A stretch of 64,000 bases of DNA from an uncultured Bacilli bacterium (lineage in GTDB: Bacteria > Bacillota_I > Bacilli_A > RFN20 > CAG-826), in assembly GCA_947625975.1 (NCBI GenBank), contig CANQQL010000002.1, positions 4,863 through 68,862 of the forward strand, given 5' to 3'. Positions 9,780-18,830 of the stretch are shown piece after piece. A model generated the notes under the pieces. It was not told the DNA's origin and did no database searches. It saw only the letters and a list, made by a program, of their open reading frames with translations. Every line of letters begins with the position of its first letter. Position 1 is the first letter of the stretch. The position numbers and the translations under genes are program-made.

Positions 9780-10571
9780 ATGAAGATTTTAAATAAGTTG
9801 CTGTTTATATCAATAGCCATGACACTTTTTGCCTGTAATAATCACGATGAAAACGCTATTTATACTCCTAAGCTAACAATTACAGAAGAATACAATGCTA
9901 AAAACGACTATTCTTCGGCAAGTATTGATGATTATTCTTTACTCCTCAATCCACAACAATTAAAGGAAATGCTCGACAACAAAGAAGATTTTGCTTTTTA
10001 TTTTCATAATAAATACTGTGAAAATTGTGAAATGATAAAGCCCCTTTTAATTCATTATATCTTAGAAACCAAAAATTCTTTTTATAGTTTAGATATTGGT
10101 AATGATGAGATATACGCGAATTTACAAATACTATCAAATGACCTCAAAGATAGCAACAATAATTATTTATTTTTGAATGGTGACGGTGAATACTCTGTTG
10201 CGACACCGGAATTTTATTTTTTTAAAAATGGCGCAATTATAAAAAAGCAACTTGTTACTACAAATATGTTCAATTATAATTATTTTAAAAAAATAATGAA
10301 CAAGTATTTAATCACTAGTACTTCTTATATTATTGCTAATCCAGATGATATAAATAAATACCGCTTTATTTATTTTTGCAATTTTTCTTTAACAAACAAT
10401 AATAGCTTATATAAAAACATTATCGCTCAAAATGATATATCTCTTTATATATTACGCACTACCTCTAATACAGAAAAATCCTCTCTTATTATTGATCAAA
10501 ATACAAAAAAAGAACTTATAATTGAGGATGAGACAACACTTGAGCAAATATTGTCATTTTATAAAAATTGA
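9780..10571 (+). CDS. Lipoprotein with a thioredoxin-like CxxC region (putative extracytoplasmic thiol-disulfide oxidoreductase)
   Basis: Lipobox MTLFAC. FAFYFHNKYCENCEMIKP resembles thioredoxin-fold accessory proteins. The rest is unassigned. Confidence 0.5.
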   Translation: MKILNKLLFISIAMTLFACNNHDENAIYTPKLTITEEYNAKNDYSSASIDDYSLLLNPQQLKEMLDNKEDFAFYFHNKYCENCEMIKPLLIHYILETKNSFYSLDIGNDEIYANLQILSNDLKDSNNNYLFLNGDGEYSVATPEFYFFKNGAIIKKQLVTTNMFNYNYFKKIMNKYLITSTSYIIANPDDINKYRFIYFCNFSLTNNNSLYKNIIAQNDISLYILRTTSNTEKSSLIIDQNTKKELIIEDETTLEQILSFYKN

Positions 10572-10637
10572 AATGCAACAATGAATAATTAAAAAAACAT
10601 TTTTTATTAATAATAAAAAATTTTTATATGAAAGCCC

Positions 10638-10666
10638 TTGCATTTTTTTCTATACAACTTTAAAAT
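10638..10666 (+). promoter_or_regulatory. Candidate promoter of the udk-like gene
   Basis: TTGCAT, 17 nt, TAAAAT, ending 28 nt upstream of the start codon. Confidence 0.4.
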
Positions 10667-10694
10667 CAAATAGTAATTTATGGAGGTGGAATTT

Positions 10695-12335
10695 ATGTCT
10701 TTCAATATCAAATTAGAAGACAAGATTTTAACTTTTGATAAAAAAGTTAGCTTATTATCATTAATAGAAGGCAATCAAAATTATATTGCTGCAAAAGTAA
10801 ATAATAAATTGCGTGAATTAACTTACGAAGTATATTATGATGCTGAAGTAGAATTTTTAACAGTTAAAGACCAACCAGCAATAAAAATATATGAAACCTC
10901 GATTAGGTACTTGTTTGCGATGGCTGCACAACGTACTTACCCTAGCTTAAAATTTCGCTTTTCTTACAACGTTTCACGTTCGATTTTCGTACAAATTCTC
11001 AATGATAATGTTCGTATTGACACTACAATGGTCAAAAGGATTGATGAAGAAATGCGAAAAATCGTTGAGCTAAATTTGCCATTTAAAAGAATAATTGTTA
11101 GCAACGAAAAAGCTATAGAAATTTATAAGGAGCGCGGATTTGAAGATAAAATTGAAACTCTAAAATATCGTCCCGAGAAAACTGTCCATTTTTATGAATG
11201 TGATGGTTATATGAACTATATGTATGGCCATATGGTTCCGTCTAGCGGATACTTAAGAAGATTTTCACTTCGCCTTTATTCCCCTGGCATAATTATTCAA
11301 TACCCGAGATCTGAATGCAATGGCAACATCCCACCTTTTGAAGATGCACCTACTTTCGGCAAAACTTTGAAAGAAGCACACAAATGGGCAAAGGCTACCG
11401 GCGTTGATTCTGTAGCAGGTCTTAACAAAATGGTTGAAGAAGCGGGTGATGTAGAATTTATTAATCTTTGCGAAGCCAAGCATAATAGAATGCTTTGTGA
11501 ACTTGGCGATATGATTGAGAAAGACATCGAAAACATTCGCTTAATTTGTATTGCCGGACCTTCTAGCTCTGGTAAAACAACATTTGCTAATCGCCTAAGA
11601 ATTGAATTACTGTCACGTGGAATAAAACCAATTAGAATTTCCATAGATGATTATTATTTACCACGTGAAATGGCACCTTTAGATGAAAATGGTGAACCAG
11701 ATTTAGAAAGCATGAATGCTTTGGATGTTCCTTTATTTAACCAAAATATTTTGGATTTAATACAAGGTGAAGAAGTCCAATTACCCAAATTCGACTTTAA
11801 AATTGGAAAGCGTGTGCCAGGTCGAGTTTTAAAAGTTCCTGATGGTCAGCCAATTATCATAGAAGGAATTCACGCTTTAAACGATCAAATGACATCGCTT
11901 ATTCCAAAGCACCAAAAATTTAAGATTTATATTGCTCCGCAAGCACAAATTAATCTTGACAATCACAATCCAATTTCTTTAACTGATTTAAGATTATTAA
12001 GGCGCATTGTTCGTGATAAACAATTTCGTAATGCTTCTGCTGAAAGTACGATGCAAATGTGGCCAAGTGTCAGAAAAGGTGAATTTACTTGGATTTATAA
12101 AACTCAAGAGGGCGCTGACTATGTATATAACTCTTTCCTACCATATGAATTATGTATTATGCGCAAATACGCTTTACCAGTTTTACAAAAAATCGATGCC
12201 GAATCGCCATACTATAACCTAGCCGAAAGACTAATTAAGTTTTTAAAATATTTTAAAGATATGGACGACACCTGGGTTCCTTGCAATTCTTTAATGCGTG
12301 AATTCATAGGTGGAAGCTGTTATCAGGATATATAG
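10695..12335 (+). CDS. Uridine kinase/PRK-family nucleoside kinase with an N-terminal TGS/ThrRS-like extension
   Basis: P-loop IAGPSSSGKTTFANRL and IIEGIHALN. GGAGGTG RBS before the ATG at 10695. Confidence 0.75.
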   Translation: MSFNIKLEDKILTFDKKVSLLSLIEGNQNYIAAKVNNKLRELTYEVYYDAEVEFLTVKDQPAIKIYETSIRYLFAMAAQRTYPSLKFRFSYNVSRSIFVQILNDNVRIDTTMVKRIDEEMRKIVELNLPFKRIIVSNEKAIEIYKERGFEDKIETLKYRPEKTVHFYECDGYMNYMYGHMVPSSGYLRRFSLRLYSPGIIIQYPRSECNGNIPPFEDAPTFGKTLKEAHKWAKATGVDSVAGLNKMVEEAGDVEFINLCEAKHNRMLCELGDMIEKDIENIRLICIAGPSSSGKTTFANRLRIELLSRGIKPIRISIDDYYLPREMAPLDENGEPDLESMNALDVPLFNQNILDLIQGEEVQLPKFDFKIGKRVPGRVLKVPDGQPIIIEGIHALNDQMTSLIPKHQKFKIYIAPQAQINLDNHNPISLTDLRLLRRIVRDKQFRNASAESTMQMWPSVRKGEFTWIYKTQEGADYVYNSFLPYELCIMRKYALPVLQKIDAESPYYNLAERLIKFLKYFKDMDDTWVPCNSLMREFIGGSCYQDI

Positions 12336-12357
12336 TTTTTGTTCGAAAAAGCAATTA

Positions 12358-12389
12358 AAAAGCCTTGCCAAATAAGTAAGGCTTTTTTA
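12358..12389 (+). terminator. Terminator after the udk-like gene
   Basis: AAAGCCTT-(12 nt)-AAGGCTTT, followed by a T-run. Confidence 0.7.
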
Positions 12390-12528
12390 CGTCTATAGCT
12401 TACCTAACATTTAAAATAAAATCCTAAAAAATTAATATTTATATGTATAAATAATATTTAAAAGATAAAAAAATAAACAATAGCAACTTTTTATGCTAAA
12501 ATGATTGTTGAAATTGGGAGAAAAAAAT

Positions 12529-13770
12529 ATGCAAAAATTACTCGCTTCCTTCAATAAATTTACGGAAAAGCTTTTTGATGGATTTATAAAATTCTTTCGT
12601 AAGCATATTTTATTAATCGTACTTATAGTTTTATCTGTTTTTGCTTTAGTTATGAGAATCCTTTTCTTTGACTATGTAAGTGGCGATATGGGAAGTTTTT
12701 TAATTCCCTGGATGAATTATTTTAAAAATAATGGTCATTTCTTGGCACTCAGAGATATGACGCAATGTCCAAATGCCAATTACCTCTATGGCTACTATAA
12801 CTTGCTAGCCTTAGTTAGTTATTTTAATGGCCGTCCTATAGATTTAATAAAATCAATAAGTGTGTTTTTTGACTTTGCCCTAGCTATTGGCGTTGCTCTT
12901 GTGACTTATCACTATAGTAAAAGTAAAACAACTTTTACGGTATCATACCTTATTGTTTTATTTGCTCCTACTGTATTTGCTAATTCTGCTATTTGGGGGC
13001 AATGTGACCAAATATATGTATGCTTAATTGTTTATGCTTTCTTATTGATATTAAAAAAGCATAACGTTATTGCCACTTTAATTTTAGGAATATCACTCGG
13101 TTTTAAGTTACAAACAATTTTTATATTACCACTTCTTGGCTTCATGTGGCTCAATAAAAAGTATCGCATTTTTAATCTATTTTTATTACCAATCGGCTTT
13201 ATGATTACGGCATTACCCAGTTATTTGGTGGGAGGTAGTTTTGTTGCTCCATTTGTCGCAATTGGCTTACAATTAGGGCAATATTCAGATTTAAATTATG
13301 GTTCTGGCTCAATGTACGCTTTTATGGAAATGTACTATATCAAAGAATGTTTTAATAAAGGTACTGCTATTATTTTAGCTTTAGCGATAATGTTATTTGT
13401 TATGTTTGTTTTGTTCTACAAAAAAGTTGAATGTAACGAAAAAAATATTTTATATGTTGCTACGCTATACGCTTTATTAGCTCCTTTTGTTTTACCGCAT
13501 ATGCACGAACGATATTTCTTTATGGCAGATATATTCATCTTGCTATACGTCATTGTACATAAAAAACAATATTATCTCGCACCTTTAATGATTTTTTCAT
13601 CTATAAACACTTACACTCATTTCTTAACATTTGGTGAGTATATTTTTAAATTTTTAGGACAAGATAGTGTACGCTTATCCGCTTTAATAAATTTGTTTAT
13701 TCTTATAATTATGTTGCTAAATATGAAAAAATTATTTAGTTCAGTTAAAAATCAGCCTACAAAAATATAA
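12529..13770 (+). CDS. Polytopic membrane glycosyltransferase, GT-C-like (Gpi18/DUF2029-like mannosyltransferase type)
   Basis: About 10 hydrophobic helices. Acidic first-loop motif FFDYVSGDMGSFLIPW. GGGAG RBS before the ATG at 12529. The family call is from memory only. Confidence 0.45.
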   Translation: MQKLLASFNKFTEKLFDGFIKFFRKHILLIVLIVLSVFALVMRILFFDYVSGDMGSFLIPWMNYFKNNGHFLALRDMTQCPNANYLYGYYNLLALVSYFNGRPIDLIKSISVFFDFALAIGVALVTYHYSKSKTTFTVSYLIVLFAPTVFANSAIWGQCDQIYVCLIVYAFLLILKKHNVIATLILGISLGFKLQTIFILPLLGFMWLNKKYRIFNLFLLPIGFMITALPSYLVGGSFVAPFVAIGLQLGQYSDLNYGSGSMYAFMEMYYIKECFNKGTAIILALAIMLFVMFVLFYKKVECNEKNILYVATLYALLAPFVLPHMHERYFFMADIFILLYVIVHKKQYYLAPLMIFSSINTYTHFLTFGEYIFKFLGQDSVRLSALINLFILIIMLLNMKKLFSSVKNQPTKI

Positions 13771-13998
13771 AAATACTGAAAAAAATTTTAAAAAGAAAAT
13801 CAATAAAATGAAAATATATTTGGTAAAGAAGCTTATAAAGATTGATAAAAGCCAACCAGCCTGACAAAATTTAGTTATAATAGTTATGCCAATTTTAACT
13901 TTCAAATATCAATTATGAGCTTTATATCTTGTTTTTAACTGCAAAATTCATAACCAACGCATTGTAAATTTTTAACATGAATTGGCAATTTCTTTATA

Positions 13999-14027
13999 TT
14001 GTTTTTAGTAGAGTAGTTATATATAAT
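13999..14027 (+). promoter_or_regulatory. Candidate promoter of the nuclease lipoprotein gene
   Basis: TTGTTT, 17 nt, TATAAT, ending 25 nt upstream of the ATG. Confidence 0.4.
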
Positions 14028-14052
14028 ATAACTAATAAATGAGGTACACATT

Positions 14053-15717
14053 ATGAAACACAAATCATTATTCATTGCAATAGTAGCTTTATTTTTAACT
14101 AGTTGCGATTTTTCAAATTCGAGCGTTTCTGTTAATAGTTTTGATTCTCAATTACAACCAAGTGTAATTAGTCCCAGTTCACCTAGCCTTCCTGGAAGTG
14201 TAGAGAATTCCACCTCAAACGCTTCTTCAAAGCCTACGACTACAGAGTCATTGCCCTCTAACTCTCCAAGTTTAGATTTAAGTACGAATATTTCTTTTGG
14301 TGATGAAAATATTAAAGAATATTATAAAAGTGTTGATTTTTCTACTAATGGTGAACAACTACTTTCTCAATTGCAATCTTTGAATCGTAGCAAAATATCA
14401 AATAAACCTGGATATAGTGGATTATGGAATTACTATAATCAAACTGATTATGATCCTAATGATTCCAGTAAATATATTGCCTTTTATCGTGGAACATCTG
14501 CCACTAAATCTCAAATGAATAAAGAACATGTTTGGCCAAAATCTCATGGTGGAAATCTTGTAGAAGGCGATTTGCATATGACTCGTCCAACCTTAAGTAA
14601 TGATAACTCAAGTCGCGGAAATTCATTCTATGTCGAAGGGAAAAGCCATTCATCTAATGGTTGGGATCCATACGCAGATGGAATGACTGAATATTATCGA
14701 GGAATTGCAGCTAGAATTATTTTTTACTGTGTTGTAGCGGAACCTCGCTTATCGTTAATTGATGAAGATTATCATCCGACATCTAATGCTAACCCAGATT
14801 ATATGATGGGAAAACTATCCGATTTATTAAAATGGAATTTGGAATATGACATCGATTATACAGAAATAAACCGCAATAATGGAATCGAGAAAATTCAACA
14901 TAATCGTAATCCATTTATTGATAATCGTGCCTTAGCTTGTAAAGTATGGGGAGATTATAATGAAGAGACTAAAAAAATCTGTTCAGCCAATCCCGACATT
15001 GATACTCCTCCTGTCTCTGAAGATCCTGTTAAACCCACAAAAATCAGTATAGAGCCAAGCACTGCCAATATTAAAGTTGGTTCATCTTTACAATTATCGG
15101 CTTCATTTACTCCTAGTAATGCTATAAAAACCGTTAATTGGCAATCATCTAATAATCAGATTGCCTCCGTGACAAATAGTGGTTTTGTCAATGCCATCTC
15201 AGAAGGAACCGCCAAAATAACTGCTACTTCTATTGAAGATTCTAATATAGTTGGGACGGCCACTATTACGGTAAAAAGTTCTGATTCAACCACAACAGGT
15301 GAATATAATTATTCTTTTGAAGAAAAAATGTTTTCTGCTAAGCCCTCTAACGAAACAAAAATATTAAATGAAGTAGAGTGGACAATGACCCATGATGGGA
15401 ATTATGCTGGTTACGATAGTAATAAAGGCCAACAATTTGGTTCCAGCGGTAATCCTTTAACAACTTTAGAATTGAGTACAACCGCTATTCCCGGAACAAT
15501 TGAAGAGATAGTTGTTACTGCCTGTGGCGCTTCAAGCACAAATGCCGTTATGACAATAAGTGTTGGAGATACTAAATATCTTTCTAGTTCTATTACAAGC
15601 TCGATAGCAAGTTATGAGGCTACTGGTGCTAATTCTGGTAAAATTATTATAAAAATAACTCAAACAAGTAAAAAGGCCGTTTATATTAAAGCCATTAAAA
15701 TATCCTATACAGTTTAA
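14053..15717 (+). CDS. Surface lipoprotein nuclease: Endonuclease I family domain + Big_2 Ig-like domain + unassigned C-terminal domain
   Basis: Lipobox FLTSC followed by an S/T/P-rich linker. EHVWPKSHGG and NRNPFIDN nuclease motifs. Big_2-like KVGSSLQLSASFTP...VTNSGFVNAISEGTAKITATS. Confidence 0.8.
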   Translation: MKHKSLFIAIVALFLTSCDFSNSSVSVNSFDSQLQPSVISPSSPSLPGSVENSTSNASSKPTTTESLPSNSPSLDLSTNISFGDENIKEYYKSVDFSTNGEQLLSQLQSLNRSKISNKPGYSGLWNYYNQTDYDPNDSSKYIAFYRGTSATKSQMNKEHVWPKSHGGNLVEGDLHMTRPTLSNDNSSRGNSFYVEGKSHSSNGWDPYADGMTEYYRGIAARIIFYCVVAEPRLSLIDEDYHPTSNANPDYMMGKLSDLLKWNLEYDIDYTEINRNNGIEKIQHNRNPFIDNRALACKVWGDYNEETKKICSANPDIDTPPVSEDPVKPTKISIEPSTANIKVGSSLQLSASFTPSNAIKTVNWQSSNNQIASVTNSGFVNAISEGTAKITATSIEDSNIVGTATITVKSSDSTTTGEYNYSFEEKMFSAKPSNETKILNEVEWTMTHDGNYAGYDSNKGQQFGSSGNPLTTLELSTTAIPGTIEEIVVTACGASSTNAVMTISVGDTKYLSSSITSSIASYEATGANSGKIIIKITQTSKKAVYIKAIKISYTV

Positions 15718-15798
15718 CTATGCACTTAATTAAGAGTGAAACAAATAGCGAACTTCAACTCAAAACTTGTTATATTCTAAAGCTATTATAATTTTATT

Positions 15799-16398
15799 TT
15801 AAAATGTTTTTTCTATATAATTTGCTTCTTTTTTCTCTGCTAATTTTTGTAGTACTTCTTTAACTTCAAAAGGGGCGCTTTTGCTCACAATTACTCTTTT
15901 TATTACTGGGGCAAAAAAGGCATTATTAATTAAATTTTTATCTTCTAAAATAATGACTGCTTCATTTTCTTCTCCAATCATAAATAATTTTAAAAGTTCT
16001 TTAATATCGGAAGAATCTCTTTTTATTTCTAAATCTTTTTTACTTAAGCATGGATAAAAATTCGCTACAAGTGCTTGATAGCCTTTCTGGTCGATTTTAT
16101 TAAAATCATACTCAATATAAAAATGTGGATGAGTATTACCATTCATGTTCGTTTTAAACTTTACATAGCGATAAGAATTTACTCTTTCATCATTTAATGA
16201 ATTAAATAATAAGACATCATCAAACAAAGCCTCTAAGCCAAAGAAATGATTTTTTCCTTCTTTATCTTTACTAATTGATAAATCGCCGGGTAAATATAAT
16301 GGCTTCAAAATCCAATCTTTCTTTTCCAATATTGCTTTATAGACCTCTTGGTCATCACTTGAAAAAAGGCGATAAAAATTATTTAAATATCGATGCAT
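15799..16398 (-). CDS. Hypothetical cytoplasmic protein (199 aa), no recognisable motif
   Basis: Clean ORF with a coding-like composition and no TM segment. Convergent with the nuclease gene. Confidence 0.5.
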   Translation of the reverse strand: MHRYLNNFYRLFSSDDQEVYKAILEKKDWILKPLYLPGDLSISKDKEGKNHFFGLEALFDDVLLFNSLNDERVNSYRYVKFKTNMNGNTHPHFYIEYDFNKIDQKGYQALVANFYPCLSKKDLEIKRDSSDIKELLKLFMIGEENEAVIILEDKNLINNAFFAPVIKRVIVSKSAPFEVKEVLQKLAEKKEANYIEKTF

Positions 16399-16525
16399 AT
16401 TTTCACCTCAGTCATCGTTTCGTATTATAGCTTATTTTCTCTCTATATAAAATGCCTAATAGATATTTTTATACGCACAATTTTTTGAAGCAATAAATAA
16501 AATATTATTAGTAAGGAGGACTTTG

Positions 16526-17278
16526 ATGAAATCACTTTTAACATTTAATAATGTTTCAAAGTCGTTTTTCACTGAAACCGGCAAAACCGATGTTTTATCA
16601 AAAATAAGTTTTACACTTCATGATGATGAAATTATTGCAGTAATTGGACCATCTGGATGTGGAAAATCCACAATATTAAATCTTGCTTCTGCGCTGGAGA
16701 ACCAAACAAGTGGTGAAATAAAAAAAGATGGAAAAATCGGTTATATGTTTCAAAGAGATAACCTCTTTATGTGGCGTAATGTTTTAGATAATATTAAATT
16801 AGGTTTAGAAATCTCTAAAACATTAAACAAAGAAAATTTAGATTATATTCATAGTCTAATAAATAAATATGGTTTACAAGATTTTGCCAAGTATTATCCA
16901 AATGAGCTATCTGGAGGCATGCGACAACGTGTTGCACTTATTAGAACACTGGCCCTTAAACCAGATGTTCTCCTTCTTGATGAACCTTTTTCAGCCTTAG
17001 ATTATCAAACTCGTCTATTCGTTCTTGATGATGTTTATAAAATTATCAAGAGTGAGGGTAAATCCGCGATTATCGTAACACATGATATTTCTGAAGCAAT
17101 TAGTGTAGCAGATCGTGTAATAGTTCTTTCTAACCGACCTTGTAAAATTAAAAAAATTTTGGATATTAAATTTGACTTAGAAAATAAACGAACACCAACA
17201 GCTACAAGAAATGCAAAAGAATTTCAGCAATACTTTGATCTAATTTATAAGGAGTTAAATGCTTATGAAACAGATTGA
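16526..17278 (+). CDS. ABC transporter ATP-binding protein (NitT/TauT nitrate/sulfonate/HMP type)
   Basis: Walker A GPSGCGKST, signature LSGGMRQRV, Walker B LLLDEPFSALD. AAGGAGGA RBS before the ATG at 16526. Confidence 0.92.
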   Translation: MKSLLTFNNVSKSFFTETGKTDVLSKISFTLHDDEIIAVIGPSGCGKSTILNLASALENQTSGEIKKDGKIGYMFQRDNLFMWRNVLDNIKLGLEISKTLNKENLDYIHSLINKYGLQDFAKYYPNELSGGMRQRVALIRTLALKPDVLLLDEPFSALDYQTRLFVLDDVYKIIKSEGKSAIIVTHDISEAISVADRVIVLSNRPCKIKKILDIKFDLENKRTPTATRNAKEFQQYFDLIYKELNAYETD

Positions 17279-18083
17279 ATCAATTGAGCAATTCAAAAAA
17301 ATTAAAAAAAGAAGAAAAGTTTTAATTTTACTTTCACAAATTGGTTTAACCATACTATTTTTAGTCGCCTGGGAACTCTTGGCCAATTTAAATATCATAA
17401 ATGTATTCTTAGTATCTAAACCCTCTGATATTTTCAAACTTTTTATCAAATATATCCAAAGTGGCGAGTTGTTTGGGCACATAAAAATAAGTGTATATGA
17501 AACATTACTCGGCTTAATTATCGGTACATTTCTCGGTTTGATTATCGGTGTCTTATTATGGTGGAATGAAACAATTGCTAAAATACTTGATCCGTTTTTA
17601 GTCGTATTAAATGCTCTACCAAAAACCGCTCTCGCTCCTATCTTAATTATATGGGCAGGGACAGGAATTAAAGGTATAGTGCTTGTTGCAGTTTCCTTGT
17701 CAATAGTTGTCACTATTATGTCTTCCTACAATTATTTTGTTTCGGTAGACAAAGAACAAATTAAAATGCTAAAAACAATGGGCGCAAGCAAATTTCAAAT
17801 ACTTACCAAGCTTATATTGCCATCTAACATACCAAACATAATTAATATTATAAAAATAAATATTGGTATGAGTTGGGTTGGTGTAATCGTGGGCGAATTC
17901 CTTGTTTCTCGCGAAGGCATTGGTTATTTAGTAGTATATGGTGGCCAAGTATTTAAATTAGATCTCGTAATGATGGGCGTATTTATATTAGGAATTTTAG
18001 CTTTAATAATGTATTTAGTCCTAAACGCAATTGAAAAATATTATCGTTATACTAAATACTCCAAAAAAAGCCATAAATCTTAA
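17259..18083 (+). CDS. ABC transporter permease (BPD-type, NitT/TauT family)
   Basis: Six hydrophobic helices; overlaps the ATPase gene by 20 nt. Confidence 0.85.
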   Translation: MLMKQIESIEQFKKIKKRRKVLILLSQIGLTILFLVAWELLANLNIINVFLVSKPSDIFKLFIKYIQSGELFGHIKISVYETLLGLIIGTFLGLIIGVLLWWNETIAKILDPFLVVLNALPKTALAPILIIWAGTGIKGIVLVAVSLSIVVTIMSSYNYFVSVDKEQIKMLKTMGASKFQILTKLILPSNIPNIINIIKINIGMSWVGVIVGEFLVSREGIGYLVVYGGQVFKLDLVMMGVFILGILALIMYLVLNAIEKYYRYTKYSKKSHKS

Positions 18084-18093
18084 AAGCTATACA

Positions 18094-18125
18094 AAAAGTG
18101 AATTTTTTTAGCAAAATTCACTTTT
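18094..18125. terminator. Bidirectional terminator at the left border of the polysaccharide locus
   Basis: Perfect 13-bp stem AAAAGTGAATTTT-tttagc-AAAATTCACTTTT, flanked by an A-run and a T-run, between convergent genes. Confidence 0.8.
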
Positions 18126-18152
18126 TTTCAAATTTCATTAAAGCAAAAAATA

Positions 18153-18830
18153 TTATTTAGCAAAAAATTTCTTAAAAAAATTGTTTTTCGAAGCAGGCGC
18201 AACAAATAATGTCCCCATAAATGGCAAGTCACGGGACAACAACAATTCAATAGCTCTTTTTATATCCGCTATTTTTGTTTCGTTCTTTTTACCTACCAAA
18301 ACTACACATTCCAAATTATCTTTTAACAAGAAAATGTCTTGATATTTCAATATTGGAGGAAGCAATAAAATTATTCGATCATATCTATCTTTAGACTCAT
18401 TAATAAATTGATAAAATTGCCTTGATTGTAAAACTTTTGTTGGATAATTTGTATATCCCGCAATAACTAAATCCAAGCAGTCGTTTATTTTTATTAACAA
18501 ATCATTATTATTTAATTCCTCTGCTGCCATCTGTGACAATGTTTTTACATTAGTTACTCCATAAAATTTATCAAGCTTTGAATCATGCATACAAGCATCA
18601 ATTAAAAGAACTTTTTCACCATCTCTTGCGAATGTATCGGCAATCATTTTACTCATATATGCTGCATTGACGTGTATAACAGGTGCCATTATTCCGATAA
18701 TTTTTGCATACTTGCCTTGCACTGCTGTTAATTTATTACGAAATTCTAAAATGCTTGCTTGAAGTTTTTGATCAAGCTCTGCATTTTCTATAACAAATTG
18801 TAAATCATCTTGTTTATTTTTCATTTTCAT
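18153..18830 (-). CDS. CpsD/CapB-like BY-kinase homolog with degenerate Walker motifs (probable pseudokinase)
   Basis: Alignable by eye to CpsD: KIIGIMAPVIHVNAAYMSKMIADTFARDGEKVLLIDACMHDS. It lacks GK[ST], lacks the Walker B Asp (RIILLLPP), and has no Tyr in the C-terminal tail. Confidence 0.65.
   Translation of the reverse strand: MKMKNKQDDLQFVIENAELDQKLQASILEFRNKLTAVQGKYAKIIGIMAPVIHVNAAYMSKMIADTFARDGEKVLLIDACMHDSKLDKFYGVTNVKTLSQMAAEELNNNDLLIKINDCLDLVIAGYTNYPTKVLQSRQFYQFINESKDRYDRIILLLPPILKYQDIFLLKDNLECVVLVGKKNETKIADIKRAIELLLSRDLPFMGTLFVAPASKNNFFKKFFAK

Noticed and set aside
17255-17713. 152-aa minus-strand ORF opposite the ABC permease; similar antisense ORFs at 5802-6080, 11265-11644, 30444-30842, 31734-32103, 45071-45271, 46562-46858, 47375-47798, 48395-48700, 50006-50212 and 61310-61985
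   Set aside because: Each is fully embedded antisense or out of frame in a gene with clear family motifs. None has a convincing RBS or a recognisable motif.
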